This document shows, one piece after another, positions 11,385 to 25,042 of a stretch of 64,000 nucleotides of DNA. Source of the DNA: Mobula hypostoma (taxonomy: Eukaryota). The stretch's first letter is position 1. Each line of letters begins with the position of its first letter. The notes under the pieces are model-generated. The model saw nothing but the letters and a program-made list of their open reading frames with translations, ran no database searches and was not told the origin of the DNA. Both the position numbers and the translations under genes were made by a program. Location: NCBI RefSeq assembly GCF_963921235.1, contig NC_086108.1, forward strand, positions 76,634,001 to 76,698,000, written 5' to 3'.

Positions 11385-11920
11385 GTTAAGTGTGGCAGCT
11401 TCTCAGTTCCATAGGAGCCAGGTTCGATCCTGACCTTGACTACAGTCCGTATGGAGTTTCCAAGTACACCTGAACTATGCCGGTTTCCTCAATATGCTTC
11501 ACTTTCCTTCCACATTCCAAACACAACTTCTCATAAGTTGTCCTTATGCCAGCTGGTGGCATAGTGGCATCCGCACCAGACTTTGAGGTGAGTGGCCCTG
11601 GGTTCGAATCCAGCTGGCTGCTTGCGGGCTTTCCACTCATGCTGGGTCGAATGTCGAGCGAGCAACTCGGCCTCATAAAAAACAGAAAAAATATTGAAGA
11701 TATGGCAAGGTTGCCGCCCAGTGCTCCGCAAGGCGGGGAGGGGAACAACATCAAGTTGTCCCTTATTGTAGTTAAGTTCTAAAGGAAAGTAGAATGTGTG
11801 TGAGAGAGAGTAAGTGGAACAGTTGCAGGAAAATGAGTGGAAAATACATGGAACAGATGTGATTACTCTGCTGGGAGTTGGAATGGTTCTGATGAGCTGA
11901 ATTGCCTGCTGCATTGTAAA
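11385..11920 (+). mobile_element. Old V-SINE-like copy interrupted by a second SINE
   Basis: GGTTCGATCC B box and CACTTTCCTTCCACATTCCAA core upstream of the nested element; degenerate tail downstream. Confidence 0.55.
11548..11752 (+). mobile_element. tRNA-derived SINE with (CAA)-type tail
   Basis: A box TGGCATAGTGG, B box GGTTCGAATCC, GGAACAACA tail; TSD AAGTTGTC(C)CTTAT at 11535-11547 and 11753-11766. Confidence 0.85.
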
Positions 11921-13509
11921 AGATAATTGATAGTATGTTGAAAATGTTAAGAGAATAGTATATTGAAAATAGTAAGAAATTAGTAACACAGAATGCTCAC
12001 ACTCCTACTTTGTAAAGTTATTAAAAATTCATATACCCATTGTTTTCATGCATTCTTATATTTTGAACATCCCATCTCCATTTGGGAAGGGGGTGGAGGA
12101 GCAGAAACCAAATAAAGTGTGGAAGTAGAAAAAGTAAAAAAAACAACATACTGGCATTATCTTTATCCAATTACTGTCAGGCAATTTTTATCCATTATTG
12201 ACTTTTGGTAGATCCTACCTGTGCACTATAACTCAGCAAGGGTATTTGGAGTTAGGGTGCTGTTCAGTGATGGTATTGAACAGAGGATCAGGCTCAAGTG
12301 GCCAGGTTGCCTACTTCTATTCTTAAGATAATATGGCATTGGGGAGAGAAAAACAGAGATTGATCAGGATGATATTAAGACCTAAGAGGCAACAGATAGA
12401 TAAATCTAGTTTAAGAGAACGTAAGTTCACTGAAGAACTCTAGTTGGTTAGTGGTTGAAGAGTGAAATATTTAAAGTGGTGGAGGGATCTGATAACTAAA
12501 CAATTTCCTCTGGTGGAAGTATCCTTGCACAGAGATAGAATCTGTAAATTTGAATGCAATCAAGAAACACAATTTTACACAGGAGCTAGTAGAAATGTTG
12601 AACTTTTTTTCCTCACAAGGCTGCAATTGATGGAATGTTGCTACGTGAAGGAGATGGATGAGAGGAATATTGAGTTGTTATGCACATTGGTCATGATTGA
12701 ACAAGTGACAGAACGAGCTCAAAGGGCTGAATGACTTAGTCATGTTCCTACAATGAGAAGTAGTTAGGACATGGAGCTGAAGAAGAGGAATATCATAAAG
12801 AACATGAAATACATGAAGGAGGACAAACATAAAATGGCTTACCCTTTCCTAATATGTACAGTAGACATGTTGCAGTGACTTGACACAGCTGTTGCATGAG
12901 GAAGTCCCGGCAGGAATGTGACCCTGAAAAGTGATCAAAGTTTAGTGACGAACAGGTTATTCTCCCAGCAGGAAATGATTGAGGATGTTTTTGGTCAGGA
13001 AACATCTGACTTAAGAGACACTATCTTCATTCTGATTTCTTTCTAATTTAACAGGCTGTTGTTGACCCAGTTTGGAAAAAGGAAGAGCTGCCCTAATTAC
13101 TGACAATAACAGCTGCAATTAACATGCTGCTGGACCTCAAGCACTTTACTATCTTTTAAAGTGATTCTGTTTTAAGGGAATTTGAACAATCTGATCCTTA
13201 TTCAATAGGACACACTACTTGAACGTGTCAGAGGCACTGTAACTGTGAAAGCAATTTAACTACTTTAATTCGCTTTCACCAGACTGTTCACTGGTACAGC
13301 TTCCATCTTGTCAGTATTGTGAGCATTTTGTTTTACATTATGGATGCACATGTAAAAGTGAAAAATATTTAATTACTGAAGTAATAAGTAATAGGACCCC
13401 AATTGAAATTAAATTATCCTATGTCTGCACTTACAAGGTTAGAGTAGCTGAATCAGCATTCAGATAGGTGTGCAGTAGATCATTAAAGGACTTCAAATGT
13501 GCCCCTTGT

Positions 13510-13690
13510 TTAGAATCAGAATCGTGTTGGAAATATCACTGAGATGTTTAGCACTGGCATTACAGAGCAATACATAAAAATACTGTAAATTACGATAAGG
13601 CACAGTATATATATAAATTAAATTGAAATTAAATAAGTCATGCAAAAAATGCAAAAAGTAACACAGAAACAAAAGTATATTGGTTCTTAA
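13510..13690 (-). mobile_element. Rex1/Babar-like LINE 3' UTR remnant
   Basis: AGAATCAGAATC tail (rc (GATTCT)n) and similarity to the rc of the 3' UTR at 16020-16115. Confidence 0.45.
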
Positions 13691-15824
13691 CATAATCAAC
13701 ATAATTTTATAACTTCGGAGACTGTGCAGATACCGGTATTCTGTTGTTGACTGTTCACTTCCTTTTATTCACTGTGAAATAGAACACTAATGACATAAAA
13801 CGATGGGCCAGGGAGCGGGTCGATCAGCGGTGTTAGGAGCCTGAGCAAGTCAACCTAGGTAATTCTGGTACATCTCCTGATAGCAAATTAGAGGAGTCAT
13901 GGGATCAGGATGCATCACTGTTCTCTCACCTAAGGAGCAGCATCTAATATTTGGGAAATGAATACGAAGAAAGGGGGAAAAAAAGGGTAATGTATAATTA
14001 GCAATTTAAAAAAATGCCAAGTGATTTTGGATATACTTTAAGATAAGTAAATCATTTTGATACAACATTGAGTTGAGACTTAGAAATCCCACTATTGTCT
14101 TTTTTAATCGGTTACAAAAGATCTAATATTGTTCCACACCCAAGTCGGAGACTGCATATGCCCTCTGATCCATTTTAATCCCTCTGTTTGAAAGCTGTAT
14201 ATTAGAATGGTTTTAAGATCAATTGAACCCACAAGGATTTAAAATCTTTCCTCTAAGTAGTTGGCAAAGTAGTGTTTGCTTCTTTTCATTTTCATGAAAA
14301 TGTGCCTGCAGTTTGTAAACGATGAACTATTCAGTGAGTGAGTGAGCGAGAGAGAGGATTGTGTAAGTTGAATTCGCTCCCTGCTGATCGGAGAATTGAT
14401 ATCATACCTTTCATTATATTGTTAGGCAGAGGAGAGCTCCCGCTGTGCATCGTCAATTGCGACAGCTGAGATCAGTGGAATCCATAAAACCTGACTCCAA
14501 ATTTTCCTTTTGACGAGTTCTACTTGACAGGCTAGAAGCTGCAAGTCTCTTCCCCTTTCCTGCACCACTCCCCCCCTCCTCCCTATAACCCCAAATCAAC
14601 ACAGGGGGGCATGTAGTCACTTCAGTAATAAATATGCCTTGAGATAATTGGTATGAAAACAACACTTGTGCAGTATATAACGTTTTATGGCTGTTTCATG
14701 TACTTTATTATAATACTAATGAGAGGTTGTATATCAAAGTTAACTACATGCAAGATTAGCTTGTTAGAGGGATCAAGCTCTGTATGTCGATAGACAGCTT
14801 TCCCTTCATTTGCACTTGGTAATTAGTATGCAAATTACACAGAAGACCACACAAGTTCTAGTATATTACAACAGCTTTATTATGCTTTTGTGACGAGGAG
14901 ACACAAACAAGCTATGACAGCATTTAAGTGCACACTCTTCCCACAGTAAATGCTAGTATGTTGGAGGTGTGCTGAGCAGAAGCTTTTCTTTGAAAAGGCT
15001 CTTGAAATACTTTAATAAAAACATGATCCAACTAGGCACCAGAACTCATTCTATAGGCTCTAATAGATACATTTTTACATTCTTCCTTCTCCTCGCTCCC
15101 TCTACTCCCATTAGTAAAATAGATGGGAAGTGTACCCATTTGTAAAGCAAATATGAAAAAAAATCTTTTAGTTCTCAGTGTGACAATTTGAAATCATTAT
15201 TAACTAAATATTTATGTTTTGTTAAGAAACATAATATAATATTTTGTAACTACAAATTTTCCCATTTTTAAAAAATATAAATAATTTTAAAGGAAATCAT
15301 CATTTGAATTCGATTATGTTCCAAGTATGTTACTTTGACCCCCATTAATAGATTACCTTTTGTTCATCTTTTATTTCTTCTTACTCATATACTGTTTTTG
15401 TTTAATTTTTGTGCGACTTTGTAAAAGCAAAAACAAGGGAAAATTCATAATTGATCTGACAAAACTGGAATAAACTGCATTAAAAATAACGGAGTGCGAG
15501 GCAGTTTTTGTAAAGTGTTGCTCACTGCTACAGATCACTGCATCACAAGCCTGGTGTAAGCTCCAAAATGCACCACAGGAGGCTCATTATGAAAACCAAA
15601 TATTATTTCACAGTGAAATGATTTATAGTAAAGAATTTTCTTCTGCTTTTTGTATGAGTGTTCTTTACTGTCTGGGCTTTCGGCAAGTCGTGCAGTGAAG
15701 TATAGCCACGAGGCTCTTGATCTCGTCCCTGTACTTCTCCGCCTTTTTCTTGTCAGAAGCATGAATACAGTATGGCTGAGTCCTTGTATGTAATGGAAAA
15801 CTATAGGAGAAAAACTGCTAAAGT

Positions 15825-16115
15825 GAACAGTCATCCGGGACATGCACTCTTCTCATTACTACCATCAGGGAAAAGGTACAGGAGCCTGAGGATGCATACT
15901 CAACATTTCAGGAACAGCTTCTACCCTTCCGCCATCAGATTTCGGATCTGTCAATCAATCATAAGCACTACCTCACTGTTTTGCACTATTTATTTACTAT
16001 TTATATACTTCTCGTTGTAACATAGTAATTTTTTATGCATTGTAATCTGCTGCTGCCTTAAAACAACAAATTTCATGACCTATGTCAGTGACAATAAACC
16101 TGAACTGATTCTGAT
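15825..16115 (+). mobile_element. Rex1/Babar-like LINE 3' end
   Basis: HPGHALFSLLPSGKRYRSL....FRNSFYPSAIR C-terminal motif followed by 3' UTR ending AATAAACCTGA..GATTCTGA. Confidence 0.8.
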
Positions 16116-16929
16116 TTATTTTGTGCCTGCATCACAATGTGTTAGAATCCTGTAAGACCCACTACATCTCGCTGTCCTATCACAACTTTCCATGCCAGTG
16201 TATTGAATTCAGACACTTTGTATTAGTTGCCAAATTTCTCCATCTTTTTTTTTAACTGGTCTCCGCCTCAGCAGTCTCCTTCAGCCTGTATGTTAGCATG
16301 GTGACCAGTTCTTCTCATCATGACCCCTTGACACTTTTACATCTACCAACAATGGCAGAGTAGTTAGACTTCTGAATTCTAACTCTGTGATTTTCCTTCC
16401 CTCGACCTTACTGGAAAAGTCCTAAACAATCTTTATGTATCAAAAAGTGCATTAAACCACCCTTTGGCTGAGTGTCAGGGAGGTAGATTGGTTATTGGGT
16501 CAGTGCATTTTTTCCACGGGTACTCCTTTTGCAATGTTTTAGTCATGCACAATGGAATAAGCTTTGCACAATTGAACACCCATGAATACAATTTGTGCAT
16601 TGTGGGGGTGAGCTGGGAGCATGGTTGCAGTGACAGAGGCCCTGGCTGGAGAAGGAGGGTCAGGGTTCCTTTCAGGAATTGAACCAGGCATAAGAATTGG
16701 GAGGGAATGTAATTAGTGATTGGATTGTGTTGAGGTTTGTTGAGTGTTGCTTGGGGAAGGAATTGGGTTGAATATAGTAAAATTCTCTAGTAGGACATTG
16801 CAGAAAGTTTGACCATGGGTTAAATGTGGGAGCATAACTTATAATCACAAAAAAACTTACAAGAAAGTCCAAATATTGAACTTTATGGTGGCTTGAGAAG
16901 GGACCCAGTCAAGTATCTGTATTCATGGT

Positions 16930-17155
16930 GCAACACAGAAAGTGCTGGAGGAATTCAATGTGTCTGGCAGCAACTTTGGAGGGAAATGAACAGTTGACAT
17001 TTCAGATCGATTAGCTTCATCTGGCCATCCAGTTGAAGAGTCTCGACCCTAAACACTCACTGTCCGTTTCCCTCTGTGAAGGCTGCCTGACCTGCTGAGC
17101 TCCTCCAGCACTTTGTGAGTTACCACAGATTCGAACATCTGCAGTCTGCTGTTTC
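16930..17155. mobile_element. Inverted pair of Penelope pLTR 3' ends
   Basis: AAAGTGCTGGAGGAA... arm and reverse arm ...CCTGCTGAGCTCCTCCAGCACTTT, separated by a decayed hammerhead segment. Confidence 0.7.
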
Positions 17156-17479
17156 TCCTTTGTATTGAAGGGGCTGGTCTTTGAAGAAGGCTGGAGAGGC
17201 CAGTGGGGGTTTCTGCTTGGACTGGCAGATCAGTGGGTTAAGGCATCTCAGACAAAGGCCAGCATTGTGGAGGGAGGGTGGTGGGGTAGCTTCTCAATGA
17301 GGATCAGGTGGGCGGGAAGTGGGGTAGTTGCAAATGAGAGCCAGGCATGGTCCTCAAAAGGGAACCCGCGGAAACCAAATTACCAGTCATCAGCCCATTG
17401 AAGTCATGTGAATACAAGCCTCATTAGTGCTATGAAAGCCAGTACCTACATGTGTCCATGGATTTTTCAAAGTTGTAGG

Positions 17480-17872
17480 TTCAAAAGTTCAAAAGTAAAT
17501 TCATTATCAATGTAAAGAGCATTGGTGTTTCCGTACTAGGCCATAATGCAACCAATCAGTATACACTCCATCTACAGAAGTTTGTCAAAGCTTTAGATGA
17601 CATGCCGTATCTTCGCAAGCTTCTAAGGAAGTAGAGGTGCTGCCTTGCCTTCTTTGTGATGGCACTTGCGTACTGGGCCCAGGACAGATCCTCTGAAATG
17701 ATAACACTGAGGAATCTAAAGTTGCTGACCCTCTCCACCTCTGATCCCCTGATGAAGACTGGCTCATGGATCTCTGGTTTCCTCCTCTTGTAGTCAATAA
17801 ACTCTTTGGTTTACTGACATTTAGTGAGAAGTTCATCACCACCTTTGATTCGTGGTGTTGTCAGCAAACTTA
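17480..17872 (-). mobile_element. Rex1/Babar-like LINE fragment
   Basis: Minus ORFs FSLNVSKPK and ERVSNFRFLSVIISEDLSW...KKARQHLYFLRSLRR; AAAGTTCAAAAGT tail. Confidence 0.85.
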
Positions 17873-18826
17873 AACCTATGAGGTAGCCATATGCAGTTGA
17901 CGGTTTGAAAGGGTGTCACATGGCATCTGATATCATTGCATACACTTATCCACCCCCCACCATTGTATCTGTGTTTGTGTGTGAAAACCTGGCTTGAAAA
18001 TCACACACTTTGTGTAATCTTCAAATGCTGTTCATTTTTCATGGAAACTGGATCATGATTCAATTCCACAATCATACAAAGTACAATAAAATTAGATCTA
18101 ACATGCCCATAAATCAAGCACATATAGCAATGTATTCTTGCTTCCTCATACTGCCAAAGTTATCTTCTCCCCCATGCCCACCAACACTCTGCTCCCCACC
18201 GTCCTATAATAAGGGCCTTCTGAATGCAAGGGACAGTAAATGGCCATTAAAGATTGAGGGAGAGAAAAGATTTAGCTTGAATTATTTTTATATTGCTTGC
18301 TTTAGCTAAAACGGTTTGGGAGATCTGATGAGATGGCACGTCTGACCACCCTGGTCTTAGTTCCTTTCTGAAGGTTAGGGGCTGCCCACATTGCAGTCCT
18401 GCCCAAGTTTCTATGGAGCTCGTAGTTAAGCATGGGTTAATGTCCTGTGACACCTGCAGTGAGGATCATTGCTGGTGCTATTGTCAGCTTTCCACGGGAC
18501 TAGTGTGCTCTTTGTGCAGCTAGCAAATAAATGAAGAAGGGAAAGTGGTTCTTCCCTATCAGTTACGGCAGGAGGGTTAACATCTGTACATGACATGACA
18601 AATTGGGTCTCTTTGGAAATAATGGTGAAAGAGAACAGCTGAGGGGATGGGGGAGTGGTGGGGGAAGGTGGTGGAAAGGAAATTGGGGTGGGGGAAGGTG
18701 AATGGAGGCAGAGAGAAAACAGAAACATTGATGCATTATTTGCACTGTACAACTGACTAGAAAGAACGTAACCAGGATAGTTTCTGCCCAGTTTCTAAGG
18801 GGACGATGAAACTTATTGCTTTTACT

Positions 18827-18861
18827 TGTGTGTGTTTTGTGTGTGCGTGTGTGTGTGTGTT

Positions 18862-18895
<34 letters not shown>

Positions 18896-18910
18896 GAAGA
18901 GAGAGAAAGA
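18827..18910. repeat. Compound (TG)n(GA)n microsatellite
   Basis: Direct reading of the sequence. Confidence 0.95.
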
Positions 18911-21900
18911 GGAGCCTAAACCGTTTTCTCTGTGTCCCTGAAAGCATGCTTGCTGTAGCTCTCTAATTTTGGCCATTATTTACCCAAAAATAATTGGTGA
19001 TCTAGTGCTTTTTACCCCATTGGCCTGTCAAAACAAAGATTTTATGCACTTCTCATCCCATGAAAAATTGGTGGAGACATATTGATTTTTGTCAGCCCAC
19101 CTCTGGAATCCAAGCTGATGACCTGACAGCTGACTTAATGCTTAAACAGACTACCTCAGGAGTCGCAGTCGCTGACTGGCAGAGCATGACGCCTTGCTGA
19201 GAGGCAGATTCTGGCTCCTTACGCACTGCCATCACTGAAGTGCAGTTTACAGCTACTTTCTGACACTGTAAATTAGCTGCGAGTTCCAATTTGCTGTCTG
19301 ATCTATAACGTGCTGTCGAGAAAAATCCAAAAGGCAGCTACTCAGGCTCTGGGTTTTTTTATTGCCTGAGTGTTTTTTTTCTTGCTTTTGCTACTGGAAA
19401 GGACTAAAGATTCTTTGCCTGCCTCATTCAGTTATCTATTTACTCAGCTTGAGCAGCTCTGCATATTGTCATTTTTGTATCACTCAGGGAGCTATAAACT
19501 TAGTCGAGAATATTTTCTTCATGCTGAAACCTTTCATCTGTCTGTCCTTGCTTAACTTGCCAACCATAAGCAAAGAGAACATGAAGATGAAAAGGAAAGT
19601 TTATTTGCAAATTGGTATTTTAAAAATAATATTTCTACCTTATTCCTTCCCAAACTTTTGATTCTTAAAAACTATGTTATTTCCTGTGACTGAAAATTTA
19701 AATGAACAATCTATAGGCATTCCAGAAATTTTGGAAGTGTTTCTGTTCTCTGTAAAAAAATGAAATGTTTATTTTTCTAAGGAAGAATGATCTCAACCCT
19801 GTACTGCTGTTTTATTTTTGCAGTTTTCTGAGCCTAACCACCAAATGTTTTGATGCTGGTTGGACTATACTTCTTGTAGCAGGCAACTAACTGGCCATTT
19901 TCACTAATGAATTCAGCCAATGAATCTTGAGAGAACTTTCCACTGTATGGGACATCACAAACATCACAGACAAGTCTAATCAGTCAGTCAGAAGAGCATG
20001 TGAGTTGAGAGGTGCTGGAACAATATTGTAATTGGCACTTTGTTACTTAGGGAAGGAAGGTGGCTGAAGACATACTGGGATTCAGTTGGACGTGCTTGCA
20101 CAAGTCTGATTTGAATTGATTTGCTGTGGAGACAGTTTTAAATCAACTTCACATTTTCGCATTTTAAATTCAGGCAAAATAAAAATGCATTGGATCTTTT
20201 GATGGCTCAGCTGCCAAAGACAATCAGGAGTGCAGTTGTATACAGTGGGAAAGACCTTGGTTCTATCCGCAGTCTATTAGATCTGAGAAGCACCACCCAT
20301 TGACTATCCCTGACAGTGTGCTGGCAGGTGGGTGTTGGACAAGCTCAATGTTCAAATCCAATGGAATCGCAGGACTGAATATCCTGATAATATACTGTAT
20401 ATCGTCCGAGTTCAGATATAGAAAGTAGTCCATTATGTGATGTTCCCCGCTGCCTGCTTTGACACTCCTTTTGAAAGAAGGAAACATTAGTTGTGAGTGA
20501 AATGTCATTATTTTATGGTATATTAAAAGCAGAGATTATTTGATGGTGACTTTTCATGTTGTGCTTACAGCATTGATAGCTGGTATTTTCACCCTTTCTT
20601 ATTATGAAACAAGAAAACCTGATTTGAAGTACCCTCCACATACATCTTATCCCCAACCACTATCCCTGACACAGAGGGGCACTGTTAAAGGATGAATATT
20701 GCAGGACCTACATTTTTATTTCCAGCATGATCATCTGGTTTCATCAGGGTGGTCTCAGAGTTCATTCTGTGGTTATAGCCATGAACTAAGGAAAGGAAAA
20801 CGATAATGCAGCTATAATCTAGTCATTTTTTTTCCAAATGGCATTATTGTAAAACAAAGTATCAATTGACTAACATGACGCAAATGGTGCATATTGGTTA
20901 CAGGGTAACCAGTAAAGCACTCTCCCATGTGTTTTTCCCCTTGGAGCTTTGTTTTCTCTTTAAAGGAAAATCTTTTGAACGTTTTTTTTGCATATGTGGG
21001 AACTATGAGTAAATAAATTCAAGAAGGAAAAATAAACACTCCAACGCAGCTTGATGTAGGAAATGTTTTTAAATGGAGCGAGCGTATAGATGATGTTTTG
21101 GCAGGTTTGCCTGTTTTTGCGATGAGCATTATCACCTATTTTGGGACTGTGTTTTTCTAACCTGGTGAGCACATGGGACTTGGGTAGCACTGTTTGGTTT
21201 ACATTGGAATCTTGCTGTATACCTTGCTGGAAATCCTTTTCAATGTCTCGTTGTTGGTCTTCAAGCCTTCAGGTCTTTCATCATCCACTCTGTTTCACTT
21301 TGGTCCTTTTTATAACTTTTCCACCATTACAACATGAACCTTATCTGGTGGCTGCATCAGTAACAGAGGGTGAGAATTTAGTTCAGGGTGTTAATTTTTT
21401 AGCTTCAATTTTGTATGGTAAACGAGCTTTCTGTGCTTCAGGGTTCTGGTTTACTATTCTGGCACTATGGATTAATTTGGAGTATGGATGAAAATGCAGA
21501 TGGAGCCTTATATTTCTTATGATTTTGATGATAATTATTCAAGGGGAAATAAATATTCTAACGAAACAAAAAAAAACCAGAGAATGACATTGAGAAACAT
21601 CAACGAAGAAGTCACTTCCTTTCTTTAACGTGCACGTTCTACATCTCGGAAACTGACTGCTTCATACCTGCTTTTTGGACTAAATAACTGAGGCATAGCA
21701 TGGGGAGAGGTAATGATCAAAGTTAAAACAGCAGTACATAAATTCCATCTGTTGTTCATTATAAGTGGAAATATGTCAGCACTAAGTGGTGTTTCCACAG
21801 GCAATACACCTTCAGAAATTTGTGGTGACACACTATATGGAAGAGTAGCAGCTGGATATGGGAAAAGGGGAATGTGAACCTAAAACTTGAAGAGTTTTGA

Positions 21901-22669
21901 AAGGCTTTTGCTCAGAAAACTGTTGGTAAATGGAGACTGGTGAATGTTGGTGTAATAGGAGGTTTGGAGACCAGAGTAACCGAGATCAATTTTTCGTGCA
22001 CTGAAGCAATGTTAATTGATAGCATAATTCTAACAGTTAATGTCCTCTTTTTTTTTGGTATTTACCAGTCAAGTTAAATGGCCAAATTATATTGCGCAAT
22101 CTCATTAATGGGCTTTAAGTTTCCCATTACAGTGTATTTTTGATTCATTTAATTTCTTCCCAACATACAACTAAATTAAATTGATGCTTACTTTATTCTG
22201 AACTTAACAATATGATACAAATACAAATAGACAAAACATTTTTATGGTATATTTTTTTAAATCACTCACTTGAAAATGTATGATATAATCATGACACAAA
22301 TAAAGTCCTTTCAGAAAGTGAAGAATGCTGATCGATTCAGCGATTGAGTCTTGACAGATAAAAGTTGTATCTGAATCTGGTTTGGATTGGAGAGGAGGCT
22401 ACAACATCAAAGCATTAATTCAGTGAGCTGTATTGTCTTAGAGCACATATCCTACCAGAAATGCACTTTCTTTACAAAGGCAAAGGTACTGTAATTATAC
22501 TGTGAAATAGTACCTTATAAACTCACAGCATTCTGTTTAGAATTCACTTTCTGCTGTTCAGCATTGGGGTAAAGCTATCTGCAATGGTTAGTGAGTTAAC
22601 TGAAATAGCTGGACAATTATTTTGAACAAATGAATCGCATACTGTATATTTGCACGTAAGCACAAGGGA

Positions 22670-22785
22670 TATTGAAGATGCTGGAAATCCTGATGAGGGG
22701 TCTCAGCTGGAAATATTGACTGTTTAGTCCCCTCCATAGATGTTGTCTGACCTGTTGAGTTTCTCCAGTATTTTGTATGTGTTAC
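22670..22785 (+). mobile_element. Solo Penelope pLTR 3' fragment
   Basis: CCTGATGAGGGGTCTCAGCTGGAAATATTGACTG...CTCCAGTATTTTGTATGTGTT, homologous to 27140-27240. Confidence 0.75.
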
Positions 22786-25042
22786 ATATATTTACATCTC
22801 TTTAGGTGCCATATCATAGCAAACTGTTGTTTTAGAAACCATGTATTGTAACTCTTAATTTAAAAAGAACACAAAGTGTACTAGGTTCTTATTTTAAGTT
22901 TTGTATCATCAATTGTTTGTATAAACTTTTTAAATATAAAGTACCATCATTACAAATATTGCTTTGCAACAAGCAATTTCATAGCATTTGTTTTTTTTTG
23001 TTTTTGTTATATTGTCTCTGCTATTATACACCTTGTGAAACAATGAGTGAGAGGAAAGAAAAATAAACCATTTTCATAAAACTGAGACTTCAAGTTTGTT
23101 GTTGCCACTTATATTTATAGGAGACACCTGCAGATAAGTCTGCAGAGGACAGCACATGCATTGAAAAAGTTTAGTTAGAATGCAAAATTCTTATGCTGTC
23201 CAGAGAACCGGTTCACATTGGTGGGTGGGAAATTTAATTTCAAATCATTTTGTGAGACAGACACATTAGGAAGAGTTTGATGTGCTGCACAGTAAGTTCT
23301 GCACAGAATTATTACCAATTTTATTTAAATTTAGTCAAGTTTATTGTCAAATGCACCAGTGAGGGACAGACACAAAGAAAAGCTTGCTTGCTGCAGCACT
23401 GCAGGCACAAAGGTACAGATAACACAGGATATAAATTACACGTGTCATTTAATTAGAATGGTGCAATTACTTTGGTCCCAGGAAGGAGATGGGCAAAAGT
23501 GAGGTTATAGAATGCATTGGTAATCAAAGATCAAGGAATGTTAAAGCAAAAAGTTGCTAGTTTGGTGGACAAATAAAAACACAAATAAGTGCAATACAGC
23601 AGAGGTACAAGAAATGTAAAATGTGACATGAAGTATCTTCATCATCTTTTGAGGGGGTACATAGTATAAATATTTCTGCAGTAGAGAAATCTTTGGATAA
23701 GTCTAATATAAACAGAGATGAATGTCTGAAATATTTCCAAACCCCTTTGATTTTTTTTTGCTTTTTCAAAGTTATGTCTGAAATAAAGGAAACAGGCTAG
23801 TCAGGATTACTTGTCTGTTTTGTAGAGGAGATTTCAAAATAAGAGCTTTTATTGTAGTTATAACAGCAGTTATAAGACATAAAACACTGGAACAGAAATG
23901 GGCCATTCCATCCATCCAGTGTGCTCTGCCATTCCATCTCAATCCCATTCCCCTGCCTTCTCCCTTTGATGCCATGACTAATCAAGAATCTGTCAACCTC
24001 CATTTTAAATATACTTAATGATTTGGCCTCCACAGCTGTCTGTGGCAAAGAATTCTATAGATTCACTACCCTCGCTGAAGAAATTTTTTCTCATCTCTCT
24101 TCTGAATGGACGTCCCTCTATTCTGAGTCTGTGCCCTCTGGTCCTGGACTTACCCACTGAAGGAAACATCCTTTCCACATCCACTTTATCTAAGTTTTTT
24201 ATTATTCAATATGTTTCAGTGAGATCCCCCCTCATTCTACAAAACTCCAGCAAGTACAGGCCCAGAGTCATCAAATCCTCCTCATACGTTAACCTTTTCA
24301 TTCCTGGAATCATTCTCGTGAACTTCCTCTGGACCATCTCCACTGCCAGCGCACCTTTTCTTAGATGAAAGAGCCCAAAACTGCTCACAATACTCCAAGT
24401 GTGTCTGACCTCAGTATGACATTCTTGCTCTTATATTCTAGTCCCCTTGAAATGAACACTTACATTGCATTTGCCTTCCTTATCATCAACTCAATCTGAA
24501 AGTTAACATTTATTGAATCTTGCACAAGGCTCCCAAGTCCCTTTGCACTTCTCATTTTTGAATTTTCTCCCTATTTAGAAAATATTATACACCTTTATTC
24601 CTTCTACCAAAGTGCATGACCGTACACGTCCCTACCCTATATTAAGCCTGTCACTTCTTTGCCCATTCTCCTAATCTGTCTGAGCCCTTCTGCAGTCTCC
24701 CTGCTTCCTCCACTTATCTTTGTGTCACCTACAAACTTGGCCACAAAGCCATCAATTCTGTCATCCAAATCATTGATATATAACATGAGAAGAAGCAGTC
24801 CGATCACCAGCCCCTGCGGACCACCACCAATCACCAGCAGCCAACCAGTAAAGGCCCCCTTTACCCTCACTCTTTGCCTTCCATCAGATAGCCAATCCAT
24901 TCTCGAATCTTTTCTGTAATACCATGAGCTGTCATCTTGTTAAGCAGGCTCATGGGTGCAACTTTGTCAAAGGCCTTCTGAAAATCCAACTACACATCCT
25001 TTGTCTATCCTGCTTGTTATTTCTTCAAAGAATTCCAACATG

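Noticed and set aside
11548..11620. Possible tRNA gene (A and B boxes)
   Set aside because: It continues into a SINE body and tail with a TSD, and a second copy exists; it is a SINE head
15660..15790. CpG-retaining segment whose minus strand reads KAEKYRDEIKSLVA, resembling Rex1 EYREEIKNLVA (possible 5' inversion) or an exon
   Set aside because: Similarity spans only about 30 nt and the splice signals are weak; cannot be separated from chance
18426..18976. Minus ORFs of 108 and 137 aa
   Set aside because: Open frames arise from microsatellite and G-rich low-complexity sequence
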